Shown: positions 36,700 to 45,708 of the stretch, one piece after another | Layout: the number at the start of each line of letters is the position of its first letter | How positions within the stretch are numbered: position 1 is the first letter of the stretch | Assembly (NCBI GenBank): GCA_944387325.1 | Contig: CALXEN010000030.1 | Coordinates: forward strand, 1 to 49,116 | Origin: an uncultured Clostridia bacterium | Lineage (GTDB): Bacteria > Bacillota > Clostridia > Oscillospirales > Ruminococcaceae | Reading direction: 5' to 3' | DNA length: 49,116 nucleotides | The notes under the pieces: model-generated | Seen by the model: only the letters and a program-made list of their open reading frames with translations | Told to the model about the DNA's origin: nothing | Databases searched by the model: none | Program-made: the position numbers and the translations under genes

Positions 36700-37607
36700 T
36701 TCTGGATCTTCTCGATACTTTCTACAAAATACTGCTGTTTCTTGAACACAGTGTCCAAAATCAGAGAGAGATATTTCACCACCAGGGTCATGATGGCAAA
36801 CAGGCCGCTGAACCCGCAGGTGATGACGAACATGGTGGTGGTCCACCCTTCAATGGGATGGCCGGCCACCGTGACCGCCAAAGTATAAACGAGCTCTGCC
36901 AGAGCCAGCACCAGCATGGCCAGGGTGATGCCAAAGCTGATCCGGTACCCGGCGGTGGTGTAAAGGAGCAGACTGTTGACCCCCAGGTCCAGATCCTGGA
37001 AGTGGACGGCCTGGCCCTGGTATTCCAAAGTTCCCATCTTCAGGCCGCTGGCGGCGTAAGCCGCTTTCCGGTAGGGCAGATAGGCGCTGACCGCATGGAC
37101 CTTGTTCACCGCCCGGCGGGAGACCAGGCGGAAAGCCTCGGTGCGAAGGCGGTAGGCGGAACCGCTGTACCGGTTAAAGAGCCGGTAGAAGAGGCGGCTC
37201 CTTCCCCCGCAGCGGGAGGGGCAGACGTTTACAATGTCATTCCCTTCCATGGCCTTCCGGTAGGCTTCCCAGATGAGGGAGGAATCCCAGTTCATTCTGA
37301 TATCGTCGAACTCATACACATAGTCTCCAATGGAGATATCCAGCCCGGCGTTCATGCACTGTTCCACTCCCTGGCGGAGGCTCATGTGGAGGATGGTCAG
37401 GGGCTTGGTCATCTGGGCGGCAAACTCCCGCAGCCGTTCCAGGGCGGAGGCGGGGGCGCAGTCATTGACCACTACCAGCTCATATTGGGCGAAATGCTCC
37501 TCCAGCCGGTCAGAGAGCTCGGTGAAAAAGCCCTGGACATCCCCCCCCTCCGGGCCCAGATAGACCACGGCGGAGACAAAATTCTTTTCTTTTTCCTGAT
37601 TATTCAT
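36696..37607 (-). CDS. GT2 glycosyltransferase with two C-terminal TM helices (GtrB/CsbB/DPM1-like architecture)
   Basis: 303 aa from ATG 37607. Divergent GT-A core (FVSAVVYLGPE, VVVNDCAP, DYVYEFDD), then two C-terminal TM helices, ISFGITLAMLVLALAELVYTLAV and MFVITCGFSGLFAIMTLVV. Confidence 0.75.
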   Translation of the reverse strand: MNNQEKEKNFVSAVVYLGPEGGDVQGFFTELSDRLEEHFAQYELVVVNDCAPASALERLREFAAQMTKPLTILHMSLRQGVEQCMNAGLDISIGDYVYEFDDIRMNWDSSLIWEAYRKAMEGNDIVNVCPSRCGGRSRLFYRLFNRYSGSAYRLRTEAFRLVSRRAVNKVHAVSAYLPYRKAAYAASGLKMGTLEYQGQAVHFQDLDLGVNSLLLYTTAGYRISFGITLAMLVLALAELVYTLAVTVAGHPIEGWTTTMFVITCGFSGLFAIMTLVVKYLSLILDTVFKKQQYFVESIEKIQK

Positions 37608-38724
37608 GGAGCAGCACCTCGTCCAAATCATATACGGTATTGATCTTCCCGGACAGCACGCTCACCAGCCGGGGGCTGGCGCTCATTTCCCGGATGACGG
37701 TTGGCCGGGAGTCGTCGATCTCGCTGGCCTTGAGGATAGGCTTCATGCTGAACAGGCTTTTATAATACTCAAACCCGAATTCCTCCCGCAGGTATTTCCG
37801 GGCCAGCTGGCTCATGTAAGGCCAGGCGCTGGCAGGCTTTCCAGGACACTCGTTGCAGTTGTAGAGGCTGCCGGGGCGGCATTTTCCGCCGCTTTCTTCC
37901 TGGCAGGGGAAGGTGGCCACCGACTCCCGACTGGTCTGGTGAGGGGTAAAGGTGACGCTGGTCAGGCTGTGAAGCCCGGTCTTTCCAAAGGGCATGATGC
38001 TGAAGAAGGGCCCGTCCATAACGGTGATACCGGTGTTCTTCAGGGAATCGCTGACGGTGCAGAGGATGATCTCGCAAAGCTCATACTTGATCTTGAAGGG
38101 CTCCATCCCCAGCATGGCGTGGATGTCATTGACTCCCGCATAGGTGGCGTTGAGAAGGAATCCGGTGCGGAAGGTCTCCCCCGCCGCCTCCACCTCCCAC
38201 AGGTCTCCCAGGTTATGGATGGCGGTAGGCTGGGCACTGTACCGGATGGTCACGTTGGTGAGGGAGGCCAGCTGCTCCAGAAACCACTCTTTCAGGATCT
38301 GGGCGTCATAGGTGTATTCCTGGGTAAGGAAGGCTCCATCACACATTCCGGGGTTAAAGTATTTTTCGGTGGGGAGGCGGTCACACCGGATCCCCGCATC
38401 CCGGCAGAACTTTTCAAATTCCGGGCCATTGGTCCAGCTGAAATGGGCGCTGGTGGCGTAGACCTGGTCGAACTCCGTCAGGTTGCAGAAGCCGTAATCC
38501 CGGCAGAACCGGTCGAAGTAATGGGCACTCTTGATGGCGGTGGAGAAGCTGCGGGGATAGTGGTATCCCATGTGGACCCGGGCCTGGTTGATGTAGGTGG
38601 CCCGCATGAAGGGGCCTGCGTCCCGCTCCAGCACCAGCACCCGCTGGCCTGCCTCCCCGCATTTCAGAGCACTGTAAAGACCGTAGAGCCCGGCACCCAG
38701 AATGATCTTATCATATTGTTCCAT
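37600..38724 (-). CDS. FAD-dependent oxidoreductase (DAO/GlpD-like Rossmann N-terminus)
   Basis: 374 aa with the dinucleotide fold KIILGAGLYGLYSALKCGEAGQRVLVLER. It does not match UDP-galactopyranose mutase motifs as I remember them. Confidence 0.8.
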   Translation of the reverse strand: MEQYDKIILGAGLYGLYSALKCGEAGQRVLVLERDAGPFMRATYINQARVHMGYHYPRSFSTAIKSAHYFDRFCRDYGFCNLTEFDQVYATSAHFSWTNGPEFEKFCRDAGIRCDRLPTEKYFNPGMCDGAFLTQEYTYDAQILKEWFLEQLASLTNVTIRYSAQPTAIHNLGDLWEVEAAGETFRTGFLLNATYAGVNDIHAMLGMEPFKIKYELCEIILCTVSDSLKNTGITVMDGPFFSIMPFGKTGLHSLTSVTFTPHQTSRESVATFPCQEESGGKCRPGSLYNCNECPGKPASAWPYMSQLARKYLREEFGFEYYKSLFSMKPILKASEIDDSRPTVIREMSASPRLVSVLSGKINTVYDLDEVLLHE

Positions 38725-38736
38725 GGCGCTTTCCTT

Positions 38737-39528
38737 TCAGGGACGGTACTTCCCCGCCAGGGTGGCAAAGAGGATCCTCAGCAGGTCGGTGTTCCCTCTC
38801 ATTCCCTTGATCTTGGTGGGGGCGGGCTGGTTTTTGGGGTAGGCCCGGGTCACCGGGACCTCGCACCCTTTCAGTCCCAGCTGCTCCGCCCGGACGCTCA
38901 GGTAGGTCAGCAGCTCATACCCGGCAAAAATATCCCGGAAGGGCTGCACTGCCGGGTGCCGCAGATAAGCTCCGCTGTAAGCCCGGTAAGCGTTGGTGGT
39001 ATCGGTGTACCAGTGCCCGGCCGCCAGGCTGATGAGGGGGGCATGGATAAGCCGCACCGCCCAGTACCGCACCTTTGGGGTGTTGACGGCCTTGCCCCCC
39101 TTGATAAACCGGCTGCCCTGGACCAGGTCATATCCCTGGTCCAGTTTTTCAATGAACAGGGGCACGCTCTCGATGCTGTCCTTGTCGTTGCCATCAATAG
39201 TCAGGACCCCTTTGTATCCCCGCTCCAGGGCAAACCAGAGTCCCATCCGAAGCTGGGCCCCCTGTTTGCCGGGGCCGGTCTTCACCAGAAGGGTGTTCAC
39301 CCCCCGGGCTGTAAGGCCATCAGGCTCCATGCTGCCGTCGGTGCTCCCCCCATCGCAGAGGATGATATCCACCAGGGCGTCCACCCCGGCGGCCTTGGCC
39401 CGGTCCAGCTGGCGCAGGATCCGTTCCCCCTCGTTGATGATGGGGACGAGCAGACAGTATTTTGTTTTTTTCTCTTGAAATTCCGTGCAGGTAAAATCCG
39501 GCACGCCTTTGAGATCCTTGTATTCCAT
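38737..39528 (-). CDS. soluble GT2-family glycosyltransferase
   Basis: 263 aa from ATG 39528 (RBS GGGAGG). Motifs LLVPIINEGERI, CDGGSTDGS and the DxD-type TIDGNDKD. No TM segment. Confidence 0.82.
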   Translation of the reverse strand: MEYKDLKGVPDFTCTEFQEKKTKYCLLVPIINEGERILRQLDRAKAAGVDALVDIILCDGGSTDGSMEPDGLTARGVNTLLVKTGPGKQGAQLRMGLWFALERGYKGVLTIDGNDKDSIESVPLFIEKLDQGYDLVQGSRFIKGGKAVNTPKVRYWAVRLIHAPLISLAAGHWYTDTTNAYRAYSGAYLRHPAVQPFRDIFAGYELLTYLSVRAEQLGLKGCEVPVTRAYPKNQPAPTKIKGMRGNTDLLRILFATLAGKYRP

Positions 39529-39569
39529 CTGTTCCTCCCGTATCTCCCATACTAAGCCATGGGAATGGT

Positions 39570-42380
39570 TTAGTCCAGGGTATCCCCCCGGCAAAGCTGC
39601 AAGTTTTCCACCTGGGCAGTTTGATCTCCCCAAAGGAGCAGCGAAAGGCTGTCTGCTCCCGGCTGGTACCAGGCAGGCTCGCCGCTGACCCGGATTTTAT
39701 ACCGGTGAGTTCCCTCCACCACCTTAAACTGGAACTGGGCGATGGATTCCCCCTCCCGCAGCAAGGTAAGGGATATGTTTTCCTGTTCTCCTCCAGTATA
39801 GGTAAGGGTAAATTGGATATAATTTCCCTCCGCCTTATCCCGGTCTGTCAGGTCCAGAATGGCGGTGACTGCCTGGCCGACGCCTGTGGCTCCCTCCTCC
39901 TGCAGAACCATGAGAGGCTCCGCTTCCAGAGGATCCTCCTCCCCCCAAATCAAGGGCAGGTAGCGCAGCGTATGCAGGTGTTCCCCTTCTTCTGCCAGGG
40001 AGCTCACCCCCTCCAGACCTTCCAACTTAGCCTGCTGGGTTTCAAGCAGATCGTTTCTGCACCAGACCGTATACCGGCTTACGGTACACAGAGGCGTGTA
40101 GTTTTGAGACAGGTACTCTCCCACCAGGTAATACCGCTGATAGAAAGAAAGACTGTCCAGACTGCCCTTGGAAAAATCTGCCCAAGTCAGAAGATATACG
40201 CAGTCTGCTCCGGCACATTGGCCGATGAAGCATTGTTGGGCATATTCCCCGTTCAACAGCCCGGGACTCTGATTCACATAGGTGGGTTTGTACCGCCCTG
40301 TCAGGGCATAAAGCAGTGTATCATCGGTAAAATCAATATAAGTTTGGTCCGGCTCCAGGGTCGCATCCAGAAGCGTTTTCAGGGGGATGTAACAATCCTC
40401 TGTCTCTGTAGAGAGGACGGTGCGTACCTGGGTAAGGGGAGCGCTGTATTCCTGGTACTGTTCCACACTGCCCAGGCCGTCGGCCAGGGAACCGTTCCAG
40501 GCCAAAGTACCCCCTCCCGTCAGGGTGAGCAGCACCAAAGACAGGGTATATCCCCCGGCCAACACCAGTCCGGGCCAGTTCTTTTTTCCCTTCTCCCACA
40601 GGTAGACCGCCGCCAAAGGCAAAAACAGCAGAGCCGTACCCATGAGAGGGAAGAGGTTATTGTAGCTTTCTGCCGCCGTGTGACGCACCAGAGACCGTTG
40701 AAAATTGACCAGATAGGCCACCGCCAGAGCAAAAAGCACCCCACCCTTTGGTTCGGCAAAGCTAGATCTTTTCCACTCGAGAAAGACAGCCGCAGCAGTC
40801 AGTACCACCAGAGCAGGGATCACCAGGTAAGCGGTCCAATACCCTGCTCCTTCTCCCAAAGTTGCCCCGCTCCAAACCTGGCTGGACAGAGCCGTAGCCA
40901 GCAGTTCCTTCAACCGGCTGATCAAGGGTACTCCCCTGTAAAAGGTCAAGGCTGCCATCGACCCAAGTACCAGCGCAACACTGGTCAGCCCGGTTCCCAG
41001 GGTCCTGCCCAGTTTACGCCACTGCTGCCGCCCCACCAGGGATACAAGAGCCGCAGCGGCAACGCCAAAGGTGACGGAGGTCCCCACATCCAGCACATAG
41101 AGAATACCGCCTCCGCAGGCCAGCCAGAGGGCAAAGTGCCGGGGCAGCCGGTCCTGTTCCAGATACCTCCCCAATAGCAGGAATACTCCCAACAGGATGG
41201 CATAATACTCCGCCAGGGCCACATCGGACCGCCACGGGAAGAAAAGGACAAGACAGGCCGCAGCCCATGCCGGTGTGTATTTTTTCAGGAAGAAATACAG
41301 GGAGATGGAGGCCAGCGGCAAAACCGAGTAACCGTACCAAAGGGAGCCCAGCGCATCCCCCGATAACAGCCGGTAAAGGGCTGCCGGGAGGAAACTTCGG
41401 AGCATATGTGCATCAAAATTCTGTATAATGGGGAATTCCCCATATTGAAACAGCTGGTAAACCGCCATTCCCGTGTTGGCACTTTCAAACAGCTCATTCG
41501 GGGGGACAAGCTGGACCGGCAGCTGCCCGACCAGCATGGCCATCCCCAGAATCAGAAAGACATAGATTTTCTCCGTTCCTTTTTCCCCTGGCTCCCCTCT
41601 TTTCAGCAGGAAAAGCAGCCCGCAGGCCAGAACCGGCAGGAAGGCCAGCATAAGGATATGTCTTCCCTGCAGGGAGATCAAAATCCCGTGCTGTGCCAGA
41701 AGAATTCTTCCTTCGTAGAGCAGGGAAATCAGTACGCCGCCCAGGCTCAAAGGCCAAAGATGATCCCAGCTCAAAGCCGGGATCCAGGTCCGGGCTGCTG
41801 TTATCCCCAGTGTGAGGACAAGGTAGATGAGGACTGACGCCGCCCAGGGCAGATCCCAGCCCAGAACACCGGCCAAAGCCCAGGCCACCGGCAGGAGTCC
41901 GGCTGGGAGAAGGAAACTGACCAACTGTTCCCCGGCCGAAATCCCAAAGAGAAGAAACAAAAGCTGGATGCAAGCCCCGGACACCAGGATCAGATCCCCC
42001 TGATTGGGCTCCCATCCGGGGGCATTCCCGCTGACAAAAAGGACCGTCATCCTAGCTGCGCCGCAAAGGCTCCAGAGTGCTGACAGATCCCACTGGGTGG
42101 AAGAAAGTTCCTTCTTCCTCTCAGCCGCTCTTTGACAGATGAAGCGGCCGATCCCCCAAAGAGCCACGGGCCCGGCCAGGGAGAGGAGGTACATTACTGT
42201 AATCCGGCTTGACACGGACACACCGTAGGTGGTTGCGATCCCCACCACACGGTCAAAGTTTTCCAGTTTCCAAAGCCGATCCATAGGGAGTATCGCCAGG
42301 AGAAAAAGCCAAAGGAATCCCAGCTGGATAGCCAGAGTTATCCCTTTCTTTTTTGCTGTCACTTGAACCATCTTATCCAA
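39570..42380 (-). CDS. hypothetical 936-aa polytopic membrane protein with a C-terminal extracytoplasmic domain of about 330 aa
   Basis: About 600 aa of TM helices, then a soluble beta-rich-looking C-terminus. The track start 42380 is a TTG overlapping the upstream stop; ATG 42371 is an alternative. It looks more AT-rich than its neighbours. Confidence 0.8.
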   Translation of the reverse strand: MDKMVQVTAKKKGITLAIQLGFLWLFLLAILPMDRLWKLENFDRVVGIATTYGVSVSSRITVMYLLSLAGPVALWGIGRFICQRAAERKKELSSTQWDLSALWSLCGAARMTVLFVSGNAPGWEPNQGDLILVSGACIQLLFLLFGISAGEQLVSFLLPAGLLPVAWALAGVLGWDLPWAASVLIYLVLTLGITAARTWIPALSWDHLWPLSLGGVLISLLYEGRILLAQHGILISLQGRHILMLAFLPVLACGLLFLLKRGEPGEKGTEKIYVFLILGMAMLVGQLPVQLVPPNELFESANTGMAVYQLFQYGEFPIIQNFDAHMLRSFLPAALYRLLSGDALGSLWYGYSVLPLASISLYFFLKKYTPAWAAACLVLFFPWRSDVALAEYYAILLGVFLLLGRYLEQDRLPRHFALWLACGGGILYVLDVGTSVTFGVAAAALVSLVGRQQWRKLGRTLGTGLTSVALVLGSMAALTFYRGVPLISRLKELLATALSSQVWSGATLGEGAGYWTAYLVIPALVVLTAAAVFLEWKRSSFAEPKGGVLFALAVAYLVNFQRSLVRHTAAESYNNLFPLMGTALLFLPLAAVYLWEKGKKNWPGLVLAGGYTLSLVLLTLTGGGTLAWNGSLADGLGSVEQYQEYSAPLTQVRTVLSTETEDCYIPLKTLLDATLEPDQTYIDFTDDTLLYALTGRYKPTYVNQSPGLLNGEYAQQCFIGQCAGADCVYLLTWADFSKGSLDSLSFYQRYYLVGEYLSQNYTPLCTVSRYTVWCRNDLLETQQAKLEGLEGVSSLAEEGEHLHTLRYLPLIWGEEDPLEAEPLMVLQEEGATGVGQAVTAILDLTDRDKAEGNYIQFTLTYTGGEQENISLTLLREGESIAQFQFKVVEGTHRYKIRVSGEPAWYQPGADSLSLLLWGDQTAQVENLQLCRGDTLD

Positions 42381-43161
42381 ATACCTCTTTCAAATAGGTC
42401 AGGCAGCGGTCCAGGGTGTCACAGTCCGCCGCTTTCATTTCCAGAGAAACATACCCCTTATACCCCACCGCATGGAGGAGCAGGGCCAGTTCCCGGTGGA
42501 TGGGTCGAGGCTGGATGGGAGTCAGGCCCGGTTCACTGATGTGGATATGGCTCACATATTTCAGGTCGTTCAGATAATCGTTGAGGGATTCTCCATTCTG
42601 GATCATGGCGCCCAGGTCCAGATTCACCGAAAGACCGGGAATGTCCAGCTTTTTCACCAGGTCAAAGGCCTGGCGGGTGGTATTGAGATAGTTGGTATTA
42701 TAAATGGGAGGATTGGCCTCCAGGGCCAGATATACCCCCTTCTGCCCGGCCAGGATCCCCAGCCGGGTGAAGAAATCCTCCGCCTCCTCCGGCCGGTGGT
42801 CCGGGGGGCAGTTCCGCTGCCGGGGGCAGCCAAAGACCAGGCTGGGGCAGCGGACAGCCCGGGCAAAGTCAAAGGCCTGGGCGGTGTACTCCTCCAACCG
42901 GGCAGCGTCCTCCTGGTTGAAAATATTTCCATTCTGACCGAACCAGATGCTCTGGAGGCTGGGGATCTCCAGCCCGTAATTCTGGTAGAGGTATCCGGCA
43001 AAGAGGGCGGCGGAGGAGAGCCTCTCATAGGGCTGCTCCGGAAAGATACGGGTGGGCGCCAGTTCCAGCCCCTGATACCCCAGCTCCTTCAGCCGGGCAT
43101 AGACCCGCTCGTCTTCCTCTTTGGTCCAGCCCAGATTGCTGGCTGCCAGTTTGATGGCCAT
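42373..43161 (-). CDS. sugar phosphate isomerase/epimerase (xylose-isomerase-like TIM barrel)
   Basis: 262 aa. Family-typical pattern GYQGLELAP..., LALEANP, HIHISE and VSLEMK. Confidence 0.82.
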   Translation of the reverse strand: MAIKLAASNLGWTKEEDERVYARLKELGYQGLELAPTRIFPEQPYERLSSAALFAGYLYQNYGLEIPSLQSIWFGQNGNIFNQEDAARLEEYTAQAFDFARAVRCPSLVFGCPRQRNCPPDHRPEEAEDFFTRLGILAGQKGVYLALEANPPIYNTNYLNTTRQAFDLVKKLDIPGLSVNLDLGAMIQNGESLNDYLNDLKYVSHIHISEPGLTPIQPRPIHRELALLLHAVGYKGYVSLEMKAADCDTLDRCLTYLKEVFG

Positions 43162-43165
43162 GGGT

Positions 43166-44083
43166 TCACTTCCATTCCTTCATAAAGTTGCAGATATCCG
43201 CCAGTTCCTCCTCCCGGGTGAGGAGGTATCCCTCCTGTCCCCCCAGAAGCGGAGCATACCGGCTGCGGAGATCGTAATCGTAGGGCGGGGCGGCGGTGGC
43301 GTTCTCCCACACCTTCCCGGTGAGGGCGGTGTACACCTCCCCCGCCGACACCGGCGGAGTGGTGAGGTTAAGGAGGGTCAGCTCCTGTTCCAGGGCCCGG
43401 GTGATATCCTTCCAGAGGCGGCTCAGGTTGTAGTACTGGTACCGGCTGGCGCTGTGGGTAAAGGCCAGGGCATTAAAGTCATTGCCGGCAAAAAACTCTC
43501 GCAGGGCCTTCCGGTCCGCCTCTTCCGTCAGTTTATAAAATCCGTTGTCTGCCAACTGGTAGTTTTCCCTTACCAGCCGACTTTTCTCCGCCAGTTCCCG
43601 GTATTTGTCCGGCCGGAGCATAGCGGGGGTGATGGTGTGGAGGTCATAGAGGAAATTCTTTTTCAATCCCTTTCCGTAAAGGGCGGGGAGCCGGACAATG
43701 AGGGCCCGGGGAAAGTCCTGGCGGACCCACTGTTCAAGCTGAAGCCGGTTGGCCCCGTAGGGAGCCAGTCCTTCCTTGTCCATGGGGCTGCTCTCGTCCT
43801 TTCCCCGGCTATCCTTATATACCGCAATGGAGCTTATAAGGACCAGCTGTTTGGGGGCAATACGGCGGATATTTTCCCTTGCCTGCGCCATGACTGCCAG
43901 GTCCGCCTCCGGGTCCTGGTTGGCCAGGAACATGGCAGCGGGAACGCCTGCATAGACGGCCAGGTCCGGGTGGGTGCCATACCCCTCCTGAATGTCCCGG
44001 GAGTGGAGGACCATGGAAAAATCATGGGAAAGCATAAGATTTCCTCCCACAAAGCCGGTGCTGCCTACCAGAAGATCCTTCAT
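43166..44083 (-). CDS. NAD-dependent epimerase/dehydratase-family (extended SDR) protein, atypical catalytic motif
   Basis: 305 aa. Rossmann motif VGSTGFVGGNL and LISSIAVY, but the YxxxK position reads YGANR (Arg in place of Lys). Confidence 0.78.
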   Translation of the reverse strand: MKDLLVGSTGFVGGNLMLSHDFSMVLHSRDIQEGYGTHPDLAVYAGVPAAMFLANQDPEADLAVMAQARENIRRIAPKQLVLISSIAVYKDSRGKDESSPMDKEGLAPYGANRLQLEQWVRQDFPRALIVRLPALYGKGLKKNFLYDLHTITPAMLRPDKYRELAEKSRLVRENYQLADNGFYKLTEEADRKALREFFAGNDFNALAFTHSASRYQYYNLSRLWKDITRALEQELTLLNLTTPPVSAGEVYTALTGKVWENATAAPPYDYDLRSRYAPLLGGQEGYLLTREEELADICNFMKEWK

Positions 44084-44133
44084 CCCCGTTTTCCTCCCGT
44101 TTGGCGGTATTCCGCCATTTTATGATCTTTTTT

Positions 44134-44162
44134 ATTATACTATTAAACAGTGGAAAAAGCAA
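44134..44162 (-). promoter_or_regulatory. promoter of the 44083->30539 transcription unit
   Basis: On the minus strand: TTGCTT (44162-44157), 17-nt spacer, TATAAT (44139-44134). It lies just downstream of the preceding terminator. Confidence 0.5.
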
Positions 44163-44218
44163 CGCAAAAGCCGGGTCCCCTAAGACAAAAGGGGTATTTT
44201 GTCCGGCTTTTTGCCAAG

Positions 44219-44255
44219 CCAAAAAGAATCTCCCCGGCCCTGGGGCCGGGGAGAT
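44219..44255 (-). terminator. intrinsic terminator after the acidic anchored protein gene
   Basis: Arms ATCTCCCCGGCC/GGCCGGGGAGAT (12 bp, 4-nt loop), followed on the minus strand by TCTTTTT. Confidence 0.75.
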
Positions 44256-44261
44256 CCCCCG

Positions 44262-44555
44262 TCAGCTCTGTTTTTTATACCACACATAACCTCCCATACC
44301 AATGAGGATGGCGATCCCCACCCCGCTGCGGACCGTGGAGACCATGGCGTCGAACCCTGCCTCCCGGAGGGCATCCTCCTGGGCTTCCTCCTCCCGGGCC
44401 AGCTGTTCTTCCACCTCCTGTTGGATCCCGGCGGGAACGCTCTCCTCCCCGGTTTCTTCCTCCGCCTCCAGGGCAAAGGCTGCCAGGGGGATCAGCCCCA
44501 ACAGCAGCAGTCCGGCCAGTGCGCCCGCCAGCCCTCTCAACCAGATTTTTTTCAT
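44262..44555 (-). CDS. hypothetical 97-aa protein: signal peptide, highly acidic linker, C-terminal TM anchor
   Basis: ATG 44555 follows GGGAGG. Translates MKKIWLRGLAGALAGLLLLGLIPLAAFA, then the Glu-rich stretch LEAEEETGEE..EEEAQED, then GVGIAILIGMGGYVWY-KKQS. Confidence 0.65.
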   Translation of the reverse strand: MKKIWLRGLAGALAGLLLLGLIPLAAFALEAEEETGEESVPAGIQQEVEEQLAREEEAQEDALREAGFDAMVSTVRSGVGIAILIGMGGYVWYKKQS

Positions 44556-44697
44556 GGTTTCCTCCCTTCCCGGCGGCATCGCCGCCCTCCGTGTCTTATT
44601 TTACAGTATACCAACCGGGCGGGAAAAAAATCCGTAAAAAAAGGAAGGTCGCAGTCTGTCGTTTTTGCTCCTTTTTCTCCTTCTGCCGGGGGTTCTA

Positions 44698-44726
44698 TTG
44701 ACATTTCTTTCCCGGAGGGGTATTAT
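44698..44726 (+). promoter_or_regulatory. promoter of the DegV-family gene
   Basis: TTGACA (44698-44703), 17-nt spacer, TATTAT (44721-44726). Confidence 0.5.
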
Positions 44727-44802
44727 ACTTCCAAATATGTTTTTAAAAACCAGATGTCGTTTGAGCAAAAAACAGATGGCTCTGTGTTGGAAGGAGAGGC
44801 CT

Positions 44803-45648
44803 ATGTCCTGGTCCATTGTAGCCGATTCCAGTGTCAATATGTACCAGATGGAAGATCTGCCCATGGGGGTACACTACTCCACCGTCCCCCTGAAGATCCG
44901 GTGCGGAGAACGGGAGTTTGTGGATAACGCCGCCCTGAACACCCGGGAAATGATGGACCTGCTGAACAATTACAACGGTCCCTCCGGCAGCGCCTGTCCC
45001 AGCCCCGAGGAGTGGGCGGAAAAGTTTTTGCAGGCCGACCAGTCCATTGCGGTAACCATCAGCAGCCAGCTGTCCGGCAGCTACAATTCCGCCTGCACCG
45101 CCGCCAAGATGGTGATGGAGGAACACCCGGAGAAGAAGATCCATGTGGTGGACTCCCTGAGCACCGGGGCAGAGATGGTGTTTGTTGTGGAGCGCTGCGT
45201 GGAGCTGATCCGCCAGGGGGCCGACTTTGAGACCATCGCCTATGAACTGGACCATGTGAAGGATTATGTGGGGCTCCAGTTCGTCCTTTGCAGCTTTGAA
45301 AACCTGGTAAAGAACGGCCGGATGAGCCGGATCTCCGGCCTGATGGCCGGGGTCCTGGGAATCCGGGCCGTAGGCCGGGCCAGCGCCCAGGGTACCATCG
45401 ATATGTTCGGAAAAGCCCGGGGAGAGACCAAAGCCCTGGCATTGGTGCTGGAAGAGATGGACCGCTCCGGCTTCAAGGGAGGCAAGGTCTACATTGACCA
45501 TGTCCACAACCCCCAGGCCGCCCATATGCTGGCCCGGGCCATCACCGCCAAGTGGCCCCAGGCCCAAATCCGGGTGGGGATGTGCGGCGGTCTTTGCAGT
45601 TTCTACGCACAGGACCAGGGTCTCATTGTGGGGTATATCCTCAAATAA
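44803..45648 (+). CDS. DegV-family fatty-acid-binding protein
   Basis: 281 aa from ATG 44803 (RBS GGAAGGAG). Motifs SIVADSS, TISSQLSGSYN and HVVDSLSTG. Confidence 0.88.
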   Translation: MSWSIVADSSVNMYQMEDLPMGVHYSTVPLKIRCGEREFVDNAALNTREMMDLLNNYNGPSGSACPSPEEWAEKFLQADQSIAVTISSQLSGSYNSACTAAKMVMEEHPEKKIHVVDSLSTGAEMVFVVERCVELIRQGADFETIAYELDHVKDYVGLQFVLCSFENLVKNGRMSRISGLMAGVLGIRAVGRASAQGTIDMFGKARGETKALALVLEEMDRSGFKGGKVYIDHVHNPQAAHMLARAITAKWPQAQIRVGMCGGLCSFYAQDQGLIVGYILK

Positions 45649-45662
45649 ATATTTCCGCAAGA

Positions 45663-45699
45663 AAGGGCGCCCGTTCCAACGGAACCGGCGCCCTTTTGC
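45663..45699. terminator. bidirectional terminator between the DegV-family gene and purA
   Basis: AGGGCGCCCGTTCC-AAC-GGAACCGGCGCCCT (one mismatch), followed by TTTGCT. Confidence 0.7.
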
Positions 45700-45708
45700 T
45701 ATCCTGAT

